DNA of 64,000 nucleotides, taken from the NCBI GenBank assembly GCA_013815775.1, contig JACDFN010000001.1, forward strand, positions 173,883-237,882. The letters run 5' to 3'. The stretch comes from Candidatus Saccharimonadota bacterium (lineage in GTDB: Bacteria > Patescibacteriota > Saccharimonadia > Saccharimonadales > UBA10212). The notes under the pieces were generated by a model. That model was not told the DNA's origin. It was given only the letters and a program-made list of their open reading frames with translations, and ran no database searches. Below are positions 1 through 8,666 of this stretch, piece by piece. The translations under genes and the position numbers were made by a program. How positions within the stretch are numbered: position 1 is the first letter of the stretch; each line of letters opens with the position of its first letter.

Positions 1-1
1 G

Positions 2-256
2 CATAACCGAAAAGGAGTTTTTAATTCTTTACCAAAAATCTTACCTGGTGCCCAGGCTGTAGTTAAAACAGACAGCGGCCATAGTTTCGTCTATACGTTT
101 GAAAGTTCTACAATAACATCGCCGGAAGACACCAGCCTCTTTCAGTATAAGGGTAAGCCAATATTGGTTCTGCAGACCTGTACTGGTGCATGGTATCAAG
201 ACCGTCAACTTTTTGTATTCAACTTTACTGACGTTATACCGTTAACCGACAATTAG
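2..256 (+). CDS. Sortase, C-terminal fragment (5' end lies outside the window)
   Basis: Frame 2 is open from the window edge to TAG at 254-256. Translation reads ...RKGVFNSLPKILPGAQAVVKTDSGHSFVYTF...KGKPILVLQTCTGAWYQDRQLFVFNF... It has the sortase catalytic motif (LVLQTCT, TLxTC type) followed by the conserved Arg. It is absent from the ORF track because it has no start codon in the window. Confidence 0.7.
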   Translation, partial: HNRKGVFNSLPKILPGAQAVVKTDSGHSFVYTFESSTITSPEDTSLFQYKGKPILVLQTCTGAWYQDRQLFVFNFTDVIPLTDN

Positions 257-261
257 AGATA

Positions 262-1809
262 TTAAACTTCGTTGACTACGGTAATGTGGGCGCCAAGGCT
301 GTTAAGCCTGTTGGCCAGGTCTTCGTAGCCGCGGTTGATGGTATAAACGTTGCGAAGCATGGAAGAGCCGGGGGTCGCCAGCATACCAATTAGCAGCATA
401 ACTGCCGGTCGTAGGCCGCTGGGGGCCACGATATCAGCCGTCCTCCAAGTTGTCGGCCCTTCAATGAATATGCGGTGGGGGTCGGCTAACTCCATATTTA
501 CGCCTATTTTTTTCATCTCGGCGAACATAAGAGCCCGGTCCTCGTAAACCCAGTCATGAATCAGTGTCCTCCCCTTAGCTACTGCTGCGATTGGAACAAA
601 GTAGGGCAGATTGTCTATATTTATACCCACGCCGCCGGTTAAGGGGTGGAGTTTTTCTTCGGGAGCCCTAAGTGCCCCGTGATGCTCGTAGAGCTTTATA
701 TCAGTTAGATTGGTAGAGCCGTCATCGGCCTTATACATTGGACTGGTTGTAAATTTTAGACCCATTTTCTTTAACTTCAACAGTTCGAGTTCTATAAAAT
801 CGATTGGCGCGCGCTTGATGGTAATAGCCGAGTTAGTGGTTACAGCCGCGGCTATGAAGGTCATAGCCTCCACCGGGTCTTCGCTAGGGGCGAAAGTTAC
901 ATTTTTCTTTATATTTCTGACCCCTTTAATTTTCAGGGTATTAGTTCCCACGCCGTCAATTTTGACACCAAGTTTTTGAAGGAAAAAGCAGAGGTCCTGC
1001 ACCATATAGTTAGCGCTGGCTTGTTTGATGATAGTTTCACCTTCAAAGCGGGCAGCGGCCATGATGACATTCTCTGTAGCAACATCGCTCATCTCGTACA
1101 TAACCACCGGTTCTTTAGGCAAGTGGCGGCTGACCGTAACATCGTAGTGGCCACTGCGGGCCACTATTTTAGCTCCAAATTCTTCAAGACCATAAATATG
1201 GGGCAGTATTGTGCGGCGCCCCAGCTCGCAGCCCCCGGCATAGGGAATCTTGAAATGAGAATAGTCATGCATTAGGCTTCCGGCTAACATTATTACTATT
1301 CGGGTCTTACGAGCGGCAGCCTTATCGATTTTCTCTAAATTTAGTGCTTTAGGTACCCTAATTTCTAGGTCGCTGGAGGTTGTCCAGCGAACATTGACCC
1401 CAATACTAGTTAGCACCTCGATAATTCGGTTTACCTCCTCGATACGAGGTACTTTCGTAAGCCTTGTAACACCTTTGTTCAGCAAGCTGGCGCAAAGAAG
1501 TGCCACAGTTGCGTTCTTGGATGTCTTGAGTTCAATCTCGCCACTTAGTTTATGGCCACCTTCGACGCGTAGGCTAACTGCTCCCTCACTAATAAAAATT
1601 ATTTGTTTATGCAGTACGTCACTAATACGGCCCAGGGTATCGAGGCTGAGGTTTTGCTTGCCGTGCTCAATACGGTTGACTGCCGACTGGCTGGTACCAA
1701 GTTTTTTGGCGAAAGTTGCTTGTGTTAGGCCACGTTCTTGACGAATTTGGTAGATAAGGCGGCCAATTTTCTGGTTTGTTTCATTCATAAATCCAGCTGA
1801 TGATATCAC
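262..1809 (-). CDS. murA: UDP-N-acetylglucosamine 1-carboxyvinyltransferase (MurA) fused to an N-terminal XRE-type HTH domain
   Basis: 515-aa ORF. Residues ~12-65 carry an XRE/HTH_3 motif (RGLTQATFAKKLGTSQSAVNRIEHGKQNLSLDTL). The rest has MurA/EPSP-synthase-fold motifs (LSGEIELKTSKNATVALLCASLL; catalytic-loop Cys in YAGGCELGRRTILPH; C-terminal INRGYEDLANRLNSLGA). An alternative start at M8 (1788) is possible. Confidence 0.85.
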   Translation of the reverse strand: MISSAGFMNETNQKIGRLIYQIRQERGLTQATFAKKLGTSQSAVNRIEHGKQNLSLDTLGRISDVLHKQIIFISEGAVSLRVEGGHKLSGEIELKTSKNATVALLCASLLNKGVTRLTKVPRIEEVNRIIEVLTSIGVNVRWTTSSDLEIRVPKALNLEKIDKAAARKTRIVIMLAGSLMHDYSHFKIPYAGGCELGRRTILPHIYGLEEFGAKIVARSGHYDVTVSRHLPKEPVVMYEMSDVATENVIMAAARFEGETIIKQASANYMVQDLCFFLQKLGVKIDGVGTNTLKIKGVRNIKKNVTFAPSEDPVEAMTFIAAAVTTNSAITIKRAPIDFIELELLKLKKMGLKFTTSPMYKADDGSTNLTDIKLYEHHGALRAPEEKLHPLTGGVGINIDNLPYFVPIAAVAKGRTLIHDWVYEDRALMFAEMKKIGVNMELADPHRIFIEGPTTWRTADIVAPSGLRPAVMLLIGMLATPGSSMLRNVYTINRGYEDLANRLNSLGAHITVVNEV

Positions 1810-1930
1810 AGAGGGTATATACAGTCTACTTACATTTTTAACAACTTACATTTGCGGGCTTGGTTGTTACAATGGGGATATGTTGTAACACGAGTGCCAT
1901 CTTCTATCCCCAAATAAAAGGAGAAATATA

Positions 1931-3211
1931 ATGATCGACAAAGATGTAGATGCACTCATAAAAGCAGAACAAAAACGCCAACGCGAAGGAATGGAGCTCA
2001 TCCCTAGCGAAAATTACGTCAGCCAGGATGTATTAAACGCCTTGGGCAGCGAGTTTACTAATAAATACTCGGAAGGATATCCCGGTAAAAGGTACTACGG
2101 AGGCCAGGACTTTACTGACAAGGTTGAAACACTTGCCATTGACCGTGCAAAAAAATTATTTAATGCCGACCACGCCAATGTTCAGCCCCATTCGGGGGCG
2201 CCTGCCAATATTGCTGTCTACTTTGCCTGGTTAGAACCCGGGGATACGGTTATGGGCATGCGCCTGGACCATGGTGGACACCTTACTCACGGCCACCCGG
2301 TTACTACAATGGCCAAGCTCTATAACTTCGTTCGCTATGGCATGAAGGACGCCGAGACCGGAGAAATTGACTACGAGCAGATGCGTCAAGTGGCACTAAA
2401 GGAAAGACCAAAAATTATTCTGGCTGGCTTTTCCGGTTACCCCCGTAACCTTGACTACGCTAAGTTTGCCGAAATTGGAAATGAAGTTGGAGCGTTACTT
2501 ATGGCCGACATGGCCCATATAGCGGGGTTGATTGCAGGGAAGGCTTTGCCCAACCCCTTCGACTACGGCTTCCACGTCATTACTACAACCACCCATAAAA
2601 CTATGCGCGGCCCCCGTGGCGGGCTGATATTAACCAAAGGCAAAGTAGGCAATCCGCTAAAAAAAGTTGAAAAAACTTTTGAAAACCTCCCCACTCTAAT
2701 TGACCGGGAAGTATTCCCTGGTTTTCAGGGAGGGCCGCACATGAACAATACTGCAGCCAAGGCTGTTTGTTTTGGGGAAGCTCTTAAACCGGAATTTCAG
2801 ACCTATGCCCGCCAAACTCTAAAAAACGCCAAAGTTCTGGCCGACGAGCTAATGAAACGCGGCTTCAAGCTAATCACTAATGGCACCGATAACCATTTGA
2901 TAATGGCCGATGTCCAAACTAGCTTTGGGATTAACGGCCGGGAAGTACAAGATTTGTTGGACAGGGTTGGTTTATCTGCCAACTGCAATTCTATCCCCGA
3001 TGATCCGCTGCCTCCATTTCGCCCCAGTGGCCTACGCCTCGGAACACCCGCACTGACAACCAGAGGCCTTATAGAAAAAGATATGCCAACCGTGGCCGAG
3101 TGGCTGGCTAGTGCAATAAAAAATCGTAATGACGACAAATTACTTAACAAGTTAAGTAATGAAGTTAGGGAGTTCTGCTTACAATTTCCTCTCCCAAGTG
3201 ATAAGGCTTAA
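1931..3211 (+). CDS. glyA: Serine hydroxymethyltransferase
   Basis: 426 aa. SHMT motifs: ELIPSENYVS, YPGKRYYGG, and the PLP-lysine motif TTTTHKTMRGPRGG. An AAAGGAG RBS sits upstream of the ATG. Confidence 0.95.
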   Translation: MIDKDVDALIKAEQKRQREGMELIPSENYVSQDVLNALGSEFTNKYSEGYPGKRYYGGQDFTDKVETLAIDRAKKLFNADHANVQPHSGAPANIAVYFAWLEPGDTVMGMRLDHGGHLTHGHPVTTMAKLYNFVRYGMKDAETGEIDYEQMRQVALKERPKIILAGFSGYPRNLDYAKFAEIGNEVGALLMADMAHIAGLIAGKALPNPFDYGFHVITTTTHKTMRGPRGGLILTKGKVGNPLKKVEKTFENLPTLIDREVFPGFQGGPHMNNTAAKAVCFGEALKPEFQTYARQTLKNAKVLADELMKRGFKLITNGTDNHLIMADVQTSFGINGREVQDLLDRVGLSANCNSIPDDPLPPFRPSGLRLGTPALTTRGLIEKDMPTVAEWLASAIKNRNDDKLLNKLSNEVREFCLQFPLPSDKA

Positions 3212-3214
3212 ATA

Positions 3215-4243
3215 TTAAGGGAGTAGTTCGGGTTCTTGCTCAAGTACGACGCCGAAAAGTTCGTCTACCTTAAAGACAACCTTTTGCTTAAAAGCCAGCA
3301 AATCCGCGGTTTTACGACCGTGTTCGTTCACTAAAACAAGAGCTTGATCTTGCCAGGTGGCCATGCCGGTATCTTGATCATGGATGCCTTTAAAACCAGC
3401 TTGCTCCACTAGCCATCCAGCTGCCAGTTTAACTTTGCCCTCAGGTGTGGGCCAGCCTTTTATGTCGGGGTAGCTTTCTTTGAGTTTTTCGAAGTGCTCT
3501 TTGTTAACGAAGGGATTAGTAAAAAAAGAACCATTGTTGGCAACAACTGAAGGGTCTGGTAGTTTCACGGCCCGGATGGCAGTAACAGCTTCACGTACAG
3601 AGGTAGGGGTATAGTTGGTTACCCCGTGCTCCTCAAAGTATTTTGTTAACGACTCATAAAATGGCGGTTCCGGGAGTGATTTTTTTAATCGCAGTATAAT
3701 GCCCGTAATCATGAAGCGGTTTTTGTCTTTAGATTTAAAGCGGCTATTCCTGTAACTGAACTGACAAGCTTCGTTTAAGATACTTCCAAAAGAATCTGTT
3801 TGAGTATCGTATGCCTCAACTTCAACTAAGGTTTCGGAAAGCTCGGCGCCGTAAGCCCCAATATTTTGCACAGGAGCTGCACCGGCGGTACCAGGTATCT
3901 TTGATAAAAATTCAATACCGCTCCACCCGTTGTCTACGGCCCTTCCGACCACTTCATCCCAATTTTCTCCGGCACCAACACGTATAGTAACTCCGCTGCT
4001 GTCATCACTTAGAACTTCGCGGCCCAGTATTTTATTAACAATAATAAGACCTGCAAAACCTTCATCTCGCCAGACAATGTTACTTCCTTGCCCGATAATC
4101 AAGAAGGGAATATTTTTGTCAGTCGCAAACTTATACAACTCCTGAGCATCGTCTTTACTAGCAGCCTCGGCAAGCCAGCGAGCCGGGCCACCAAGTTTCA
4201 TTGTACTGTAACTGCTTAAACTAACGTTTTCTTGGATATGCAC
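3215..4243 (-). CDS. murB: UDP-N-acetylenolpyruvoylglucosamine reductase (MurB)
   Basis: FAD-binding MurB motifs: SYSTMKLGGPARW, IIGQGSNIV, and the C-terminal GWLVEQAGFKG. The ORF stays open to 4339, but those extra 32 codons overlap the divergent gene at 4313 and look non-native. I prefer the GTG at 4243 (VHIQENVSLSSYSTMKLGG...); a TATAAT lies 7 nt upstream of it. Confidence 0.85.
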   Translation of the reverse strand: MHIQENVSLSSYSTMKLGGPARWLAEAASKDDAQELYKFATDKNIPFLIIGQGSNIVWRDEGFAGLIIVNKILGREVLSDDSSGVTIRVGAGENWDEVVGRAVDNGWSGIEFLSKIPGTAGAAPVQNIGAYGAELSETLVEVEAYDTQTDSFGSILNEACQFSYRNSRFKSKDKNRFMITGIILRLKKSLPEPPFYESLTKYFEEHGVTNYTPTSVREAVTAIRAVKLPDPSVVANNGSFFTNPFVNKEHFEKLKESYPDIKGWPTPEGKVKLAAGWLVEQAGFKGIHDQDTGMATWQDQALVLVNEHGRKTADLLAFKQKVVFKVDELFGVVLEQEPELLP

Positions 4244-4312
4244 AGCTTCTATTATACGTATAACTCTTATAAGCTTGCAGTCCTTTCGCAAATCTAAGTA
4301 CAATAGAAGGAC

Positions 4313-4879
4313 ATGATAGATAAACCACTCTCTAGCCAATTCAGACCACTAGGAAAGAGGTTGAAGGCGCTCAGAGACCTGGCCAACGAAACTTTGGCGG
4401 AAGCATCGGGGGCTGTGGAGATAGACGTGAAACAGCTTGCTAGCTATGAGCTAGGACAGGCCAAGCCCAGCGAAGATGTTTTGCTACTGCTCATAAGCCA
4501 CTTTGGCGCAAAAGATGATGAAGCGGTTAGGATATGGGAACTGGCCGGTTATGGCACAAGCAGGGTGCCACTGGCTCACATGGCTAATGATGCGTCCGAT
4601 ATTCCCCCGTCAGTTATTGGGGAGTCGCATGTTCTTTTTACGGATGTAGTAGATGTGATAGTCAATAATTACGGCGTTGTAATGAATTTTATGCAAAGTT
4701 CAGCGCCACATAAGCCGCCGGCAACCGTTGCCCGGGTAGGGATGAGTAGGGAGCATGCGAAAAGTGTTTTACAGATATTGCAGGCAACTTTGGCTCAAAC
4801 GGAACGTAGCGGACTAAAATTGCCAAAGAAACTCATTGCTCCTGACAGTCAGACTCCTGACGAAGCGCCCCGTAACTGA
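4313..4879 (+). CDS. XRE-family HTH domain protein
   Basis: 188 aa with an N-terminal HTH_3-like motif (LGKRLKALRDLANETLAEASGAVEIDVKQLASYELGQAKPSEDVL). It is divergent from murB. Confidence 0.7.
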   Translation: MIDKPLSSQFRPLGKRLKALRDLANETLAEASGAVEIDVKQLASYELGQAKPSEDVLLLLISHFGAKDDEAVRIWELAGYGTSRVPLAHMANDASDIPPSVIGESHVLFTDVVDVIVNNYGVVMNFMQSSAPHKPPATVARVGMSREHAKSVLQILQATLAQTERSGLKLPKKLIAPDSQTPDEAPRN

Positions 4880-4898
4880 TATAATCACCCAAAGGCGC

Positions 4899-4975
4899 GC
4901 GCCCGTAGCTCAGCGGATTAGAGTACTTGGCTTCGAACCAAGGGGTCGCAGGTTCGAATCCTGCCGGGCGTACCA
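4899..4975 (+). tRNA. tRNA-Arg (anticodon TCG), CCA encoded
   Basis: Folds by hand as a 77-nt cloverleaf: acceptor GCGCCCG/CGGGCGT (one G-U), D arm GCTC-AGCGGATTA-GAGT, anticodon arm CTTGG-CTTCGAA-CCAAG, and T arm GCAGG-TTCGAAT-CCTGC, ending A-CCA. Confidence 0.9.
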
Positions 4976-4981
4976 AATATT

Positions 4982-5611
4982 ATGCAAGTTACTATTTTCG
5001 GGGCGAATGGGAAGGTGGGTAGCTTGGTTGTTGCCGAGCTGCTTAAACGAGGCTATAGGGTGAACGCTTTCATTCACAGCAGTTCAAGTTTCACACCCAG
5101 CTCCATGCTACATCTTATTAAGGGGACTATTTATAACGAAGCGGACATCTCAACTGCGTTAAAAGACACTGACGCTGTAATAAGTACCTTGGGTAGCTGG
5201 GGCACGCCGAATAAAGATATCTTAACATCTGGAATGAAGCATATTATTCCAGCCATGAAGTCCAAGGGCATCCAAAGAATCATTACTCTAACCGGGGCAG
5301 ATGCAAGAGTCGAAGAAGACCAAAGTAGCATTATTCATAATTTTACTCATTTTGGGATTAGCCTTGTTGCTGAAAAAGTAATACAGGACGCCGAGCAGCA
5401 TATTAGCCTGCTGCAAACAAGTAATCTTGAGTGGACAACGCTGCGTTCTCCCATCATGATCGAGGGTGGTTCTAGCTCATTCAAACTTACGAATAAACGG
5501 CCTGCCCCCTGGACTACTGTTAACCGACATGCTGTGGTATTGGCTATGGTTAATATGATTAATGACAAGAGCTATCTAAATCAAGCCCCTTTTATCGTCA
5601 GGACTGGTTAG
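4982..5611 (+). CDS. NAD(P)-binding Rossmann-fold protein (NmrA/atypical SDR-like)
   Basis: 209 aa with an N-terminal GxxGxxG motif (IFGANGKVGSLVVAELLKRGYRV). Confidence 0.7.
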   Translation: MQVTIFGANGKVGSLVVAELLKRGYRVNAFIHSSSSFTPSSMLHLIKGTIYNEADISTALKDTDAVISTLGSWGTPNKDILTSGMKHIIPAMKSKGIQRIITLTGADARVEEDQSSIIHNFTHFGISLVAEKVIQDAEQHISLLQTSNLEWTTLRSPIMIEGGSSSFKLTNKRPAPWTTVNRHAVVLAMVNMINDKSYLNQAPFIVRTG

Positions 5612-5658
5612 TGAAACCTTTAATAGGGCAACAAGTTGAAATATGCTAGTATCTCTGC

Positions 5659-6054
5659 ATGAGTGAGCCATCAACCGAGCGACGTTTGGTAGAAAACGAA
5701 GTAATATTTAGGCAGGCGAATGAGACGGTAGTTGAGGGATTAGAAGAACTTAGAGCGGACGCTAAAGCTCTTGGCCAAAACGATCTGGCCGAGGACACAG
5801 ATACACCTCTCCACTTTTTCTGTGAATGTTCTAATGAAGACTGTCGGAAAAGGATTGTATTAAAGCCCAGCGTTTATAGAGAAGTACACCAAAATAGCAG
5901 CCAATTTATATTAATTCCTGGACATAATGTTCTTGAGATAGAGCGAATATTAAAGAATAACGATGACTACCTAGTCGTTGAAAAATATATGACGCCCCCA
6001 GCACCAGAGAATGTAGATAAATTACATCAAACTGACTTAGATACGCACCTCTAG
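5659..6054 (+). CDS. Hypothetical protein
   Basis: 131-aa ORF with no recognisable motif apart from a Cys cluster (FFCECSNEDCRKR). Confidence 0.5.
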   Translation: MSEPSTERRLVENEVIFRQANETVVEGLEELRADAKALGQNDLAEDTDTPLHFFCECSNEDCRKRIVLKPSVYREVHQNSSQFILIPGHNVLEIERILKNNDDYLVVEKYMTPPAPENVDKLHQTDLDTHL

Positions 6055-6426
6055 CGCAATTTTTTTTGATTGGCTAAAGATTGCTCAACAGGGGGTACTT
6101 ATGCTAATACTTGTTAACGTTTTCTTATCTGCTATAGTCCAAAGTAATATTTAATCCCAGACTACAAAATCATAAGAAGATTTATGAAAAAAATTATACA
6201 GACAGATTGCCTCGAACAAAACGAGACAGCACAAATACTAAGAAATGCTAAAATCTAACTCATTTATTTATCCCTACATTTCTTGTCTGGTGAATCGTTA
6301 CAAGACCTATATACAACATTACGCAATAAGTTTTAGCAAGGGCGATTACAAGAGAATACTTGTAAAATATACGTATTATGGTACAATATGTCTAGATAAC
6401 GATACGTATATTACTAAGCAGCCAAT

Positions 6427-7509
6427 ATGACTACATCTATTGAGGCCAACTTTAGTCGCCCTACAACAAACCTCAAGGAGTTCGAACGGATGGATGAAGT
6501 TTATGGGCGCCATCCAGTTTCCGGAGAAGATAAAAAATTATACGGTACATTCGTCCTAGAAAACACCTGTATTATCCAAACGCCACCTGATGTATTAGAG
6601 CGGGGACTTATACTTACAAACCCTAGCCAAATAGAAACTATTTATAGAAATTTTGAAGGTACAGTAGTAAAACAGGATTTTGCCTATTTTCGCAGGGAAC
6701 CAACGTCGTTACATATTGGTAAAACTGAGTCAGTCCCATATATCATAGCTAATAATGCTAACGGTGTACCAAAACTTTTAGATTTTCCCGAGGCAAAAAC
6801 ATTGGAAGGCGAGGATCCACGAATTACCCGTAATGTTAGGTTTAGGGAAAAACTAGGCTGGTGCATTAGTACAGTGGTAGCGACCCCCCATCCAGATGAT
6901 CCTGCTGAGGTTTTAGATATCAAGCAGGTGTTTCACTGGGGTGAGTCGCTAGCCACATTAGAACCAGTGTGGGAAGTACCAAACCTAAAAAACACCTGTA
7001 TATATCCAGTTGGGCCAGCAAGTGAAGATGCCGGTCTTGATGTATTCGGTCGGCCACATCCCCACATAAGCTATACAAGAGTAAATGATTTTAGCGAAAT
7101 AACAGAGGACAGGATAAATTCTAGCTTGCTTATCACAGAGGGCAAATTACTACCGGGTATACACAGTGGCGTTAATTTTGTTAAGGGTGTAAAAGCGCAT
7201 ATAAATCACCGCGTATTAGATGTTCACGAGGCCTATGCACCAATAACTGAAGAGGGTAAAACGCTACACTATAGATTAGCTCGTTATGGTTTTGAACTGC
7301 CTACCCACAATAACCCCCAGGGCCGTCTTGTACTACTAGGTGTAATTGCAACTCGTAACCAGTTCCCAAACGCAGAGCCAAAACCACCCGAGAATGGAGT
7401 ATACAACTACAACGATGTTCTATACGGGTCTATGGGTACACGAGGAAAAATGGTTACAGGAATCGCTGATAGGCATATCGGCTATGCTAGTGTTATTAGA
7501 ACCGCCTAG
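6427..7509 (+). CDS. Hypothetical protein (360 aa)
   Basis: Long ORF with coding-like composition, preceded by a 370-nt AT-rich spacer. I could not assign a family by eye. Confidence 0.6.
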   Translation: MTTSIEANFSRPTTNLKEFERMDEVYGRHPVSGEDKKLYGTFVLENTCIIQTPPDVLERGLILTNPSQIETIYRNFEGTVVKQDFAYFRREPTSLHIGKTESVPYIIANNANGVPKLLDFPEAKTLEGEDPRITRNVRFREKLGWCISTVVATPHPDDPAEVLDIKQVFHWGESLATLEPVWEVPNLKNTCIYPVGPASEDAGLDVFGRPHPHISYTRVNDFSEITEDRINSSLLITEGKLLPGIHSGVNFVKGVKAHINHRVLDVHEAYAPITEEGKTLHYRLARYGFELPTHNNPQGRLVLLGVIATRNQFPNAEPKPPENGVYNYNDVLYGSMGTRGKMVTGIADRHIGYASVIRTA

Positions 7510-7594
7510 TTAGCCGATTAAAATTGCTTCAAGATCGTTTACAGAACAGGGGTGGCCGTGCTAGTATTTGGTAGTCTTTTGCCGAAGCAATCTC

Positions 7595-7671
7595 GGGCCT
7601 GTAGCTCAGTTGGTTAGAGCAGTGGCCTCTTAAGCCGCGTGTCGAGGGTTCGAATCCCTCCAGGCCCTCCA
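7595..7671 (+). tRNA. tRNA-Lys (anticodon CTT), CCA encoded
   Basis: 77-nt cloverleaf: acceptor GGGCCTG/CAGGCCC, D arm GCTC-AGTTGGTTA-GAGC, anticodon arm GTGGC-CTCTTAA-GCCGC, and T arm GAGGG-TTCGAAT-CCCTC, ending T-CCA. Confidence 0.9.
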
Positions 7672-7801
7672 GTTCCATTATAAAATATACTTTTCTATCT
7701 AGCGGCTTCGTTATAACGAGGTCGCTTTTGTTATAGCTAGGTAGGTTACATACACCCACGCCATACAAGCGTATAATACGGAATAGGAAAGTGAGGATAC
7801 T

Positions 7802-8059
7802 ATGGATCAAACATTCTTTGCTCAGTACTATGATCACCCCATGATGGGTAGCCAGGATTGGGGCTGGGGTTTTATGGTGATGCTTTTATTCTTGGCTTTA
7901 GTTGGTCTCATGGCCTGGCTTATCGCAAGATCTAATACCAACAACTCATCTTCATCGCATAACAAAACAGACCCTATGGAAATAGCGAAGACGCGTTATG
8001 CTAAAGGCGACATTACAAAAGCTCAATTTGACGAGCTCAAAAAAGACTTGAAGAACTGA
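7802..8059 (+). CDS. Small membrane protein with C-terminal SHOCT-like domain
   Basis: 85 aa with one TM helix (FMVMLLFLALVGLMAWLIA) and a C-terminal ...AKTRYAKGDITKAQFDELKKDL, typical of the SHOCT short C-terminal domain. Confidence 0.65.
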   Translation: MDQTFFAQYYDHPMMGSQDWGWGFMVMLLFLALVGLMAWLIARSNTNNSSSSHNKTDPMEIAKTRYAKGDITKAQFDELKKDLKN

Positions 8060-8097
8060 TACTATCCGGAATAACCGATTTAGCCTGACCTAAATTA

Positions 8098-8126
8098 GTT
8101 GCTACTAGGCTCACGATGGCCCTCCA
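8098..8126. repeat. 29-bp perfect direct repeat, copy 1 (GTTGCTACTAGGCTCACGATGGCCCTCCA)
   Basis: Identical to 8609-8637. The two copies bracket the single ORF 8179-8541. Confidence 0.9.
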
Positions 8127-8178
8127 CAACCATAAGCGTTTCAATTCTAGCCCTTTGGGTTCATAATGAACTTAAATC

Positions 8179-8541
8179 ATGGCTAAAACCTTAAAGAATA
8201 ATAAAGAACAACTGTTTCGGCTTGGGCTGGGCAGTATCTTTTTAGCCAATTCCGTTACAGCTTGGGCAGCCTCGGACGAGTTTAGGGATTTACTTACCAA
8301 TAATAGCCTCACGTCACATATTGGCCATACTGACCTTTTAATAAAATTGGTTGCTATCAATGACGCGGTACTATTCCTGCTGATTCTTTCGGGTAAACTC
8401 CGTAAATTAGCAGTGGTTTGGGGCGGCGTATGGTTAATAGCCGTTATCTATGTAACGGGATTTTGGACAACTGATTTTATTGAACATATCGGCGTTCTTG
8501 CACTGTTGGTCTACTACTCCTTAATGAATAAACCTAAATAA
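8179..8541 (+). CDS. Small integral membrane protein (hypothetical)
   Basis: 120 aa with three to four hydrophobic helices. It is flanked by the 29-bp direct repeats. Confidence 0.6.
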   Translation: MAKTLKNNKEQLFRLGLGSIFLANSVTAWAASDEFRDLLTNNSLTSHIGHTDLLIKLVAINDAVLFLLILSGKLRKLAVVWGGVWLIAVIYVTGFWTTDFIEHIGVLALLVYYSLMNKPK

Positions 8542-8608
8542 GTTCCAGTTCCTCTGCTATGGAGAGTAAAACGTAGTAATATGAAGGCGTTGGCTACCTT
8601 GAACTGTG

Positions 8609-8637
8609 GTTGCTACTAGGCTCACGATGGCCCTCCA
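8609..8637. repeat. 29-bp perfect direct repeat, copy 2
   Basis: Identical to 8098-8126. Confidence 0.9.
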
Positions 8638-8666
8638 ATATATTTTTAAGAATAAAAACGTGCTCG

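Noticed and set aside
6184-6258. A 24-codon ORF (MKKIIQTDCLEQNETAQILRNAKI) and the 61-aa ORF 6245-6430, both in the AT-rich spacer upstream of 6427.
   Set aside because: Neither has a convincing RBS. Their composition matches AT-rich intergenic DNA, and the region more likely holds the promoter of the 6427 gene.
7529-7837. The 102-aa minus-strand ORF, and ORF 4836-5063 (+, 75 aa).
   Set aside because: Both run straight through tRNA genes (tRNA-Lys at 7595-7671; tRNA-Arg at 4899-4975). They are artefacts.
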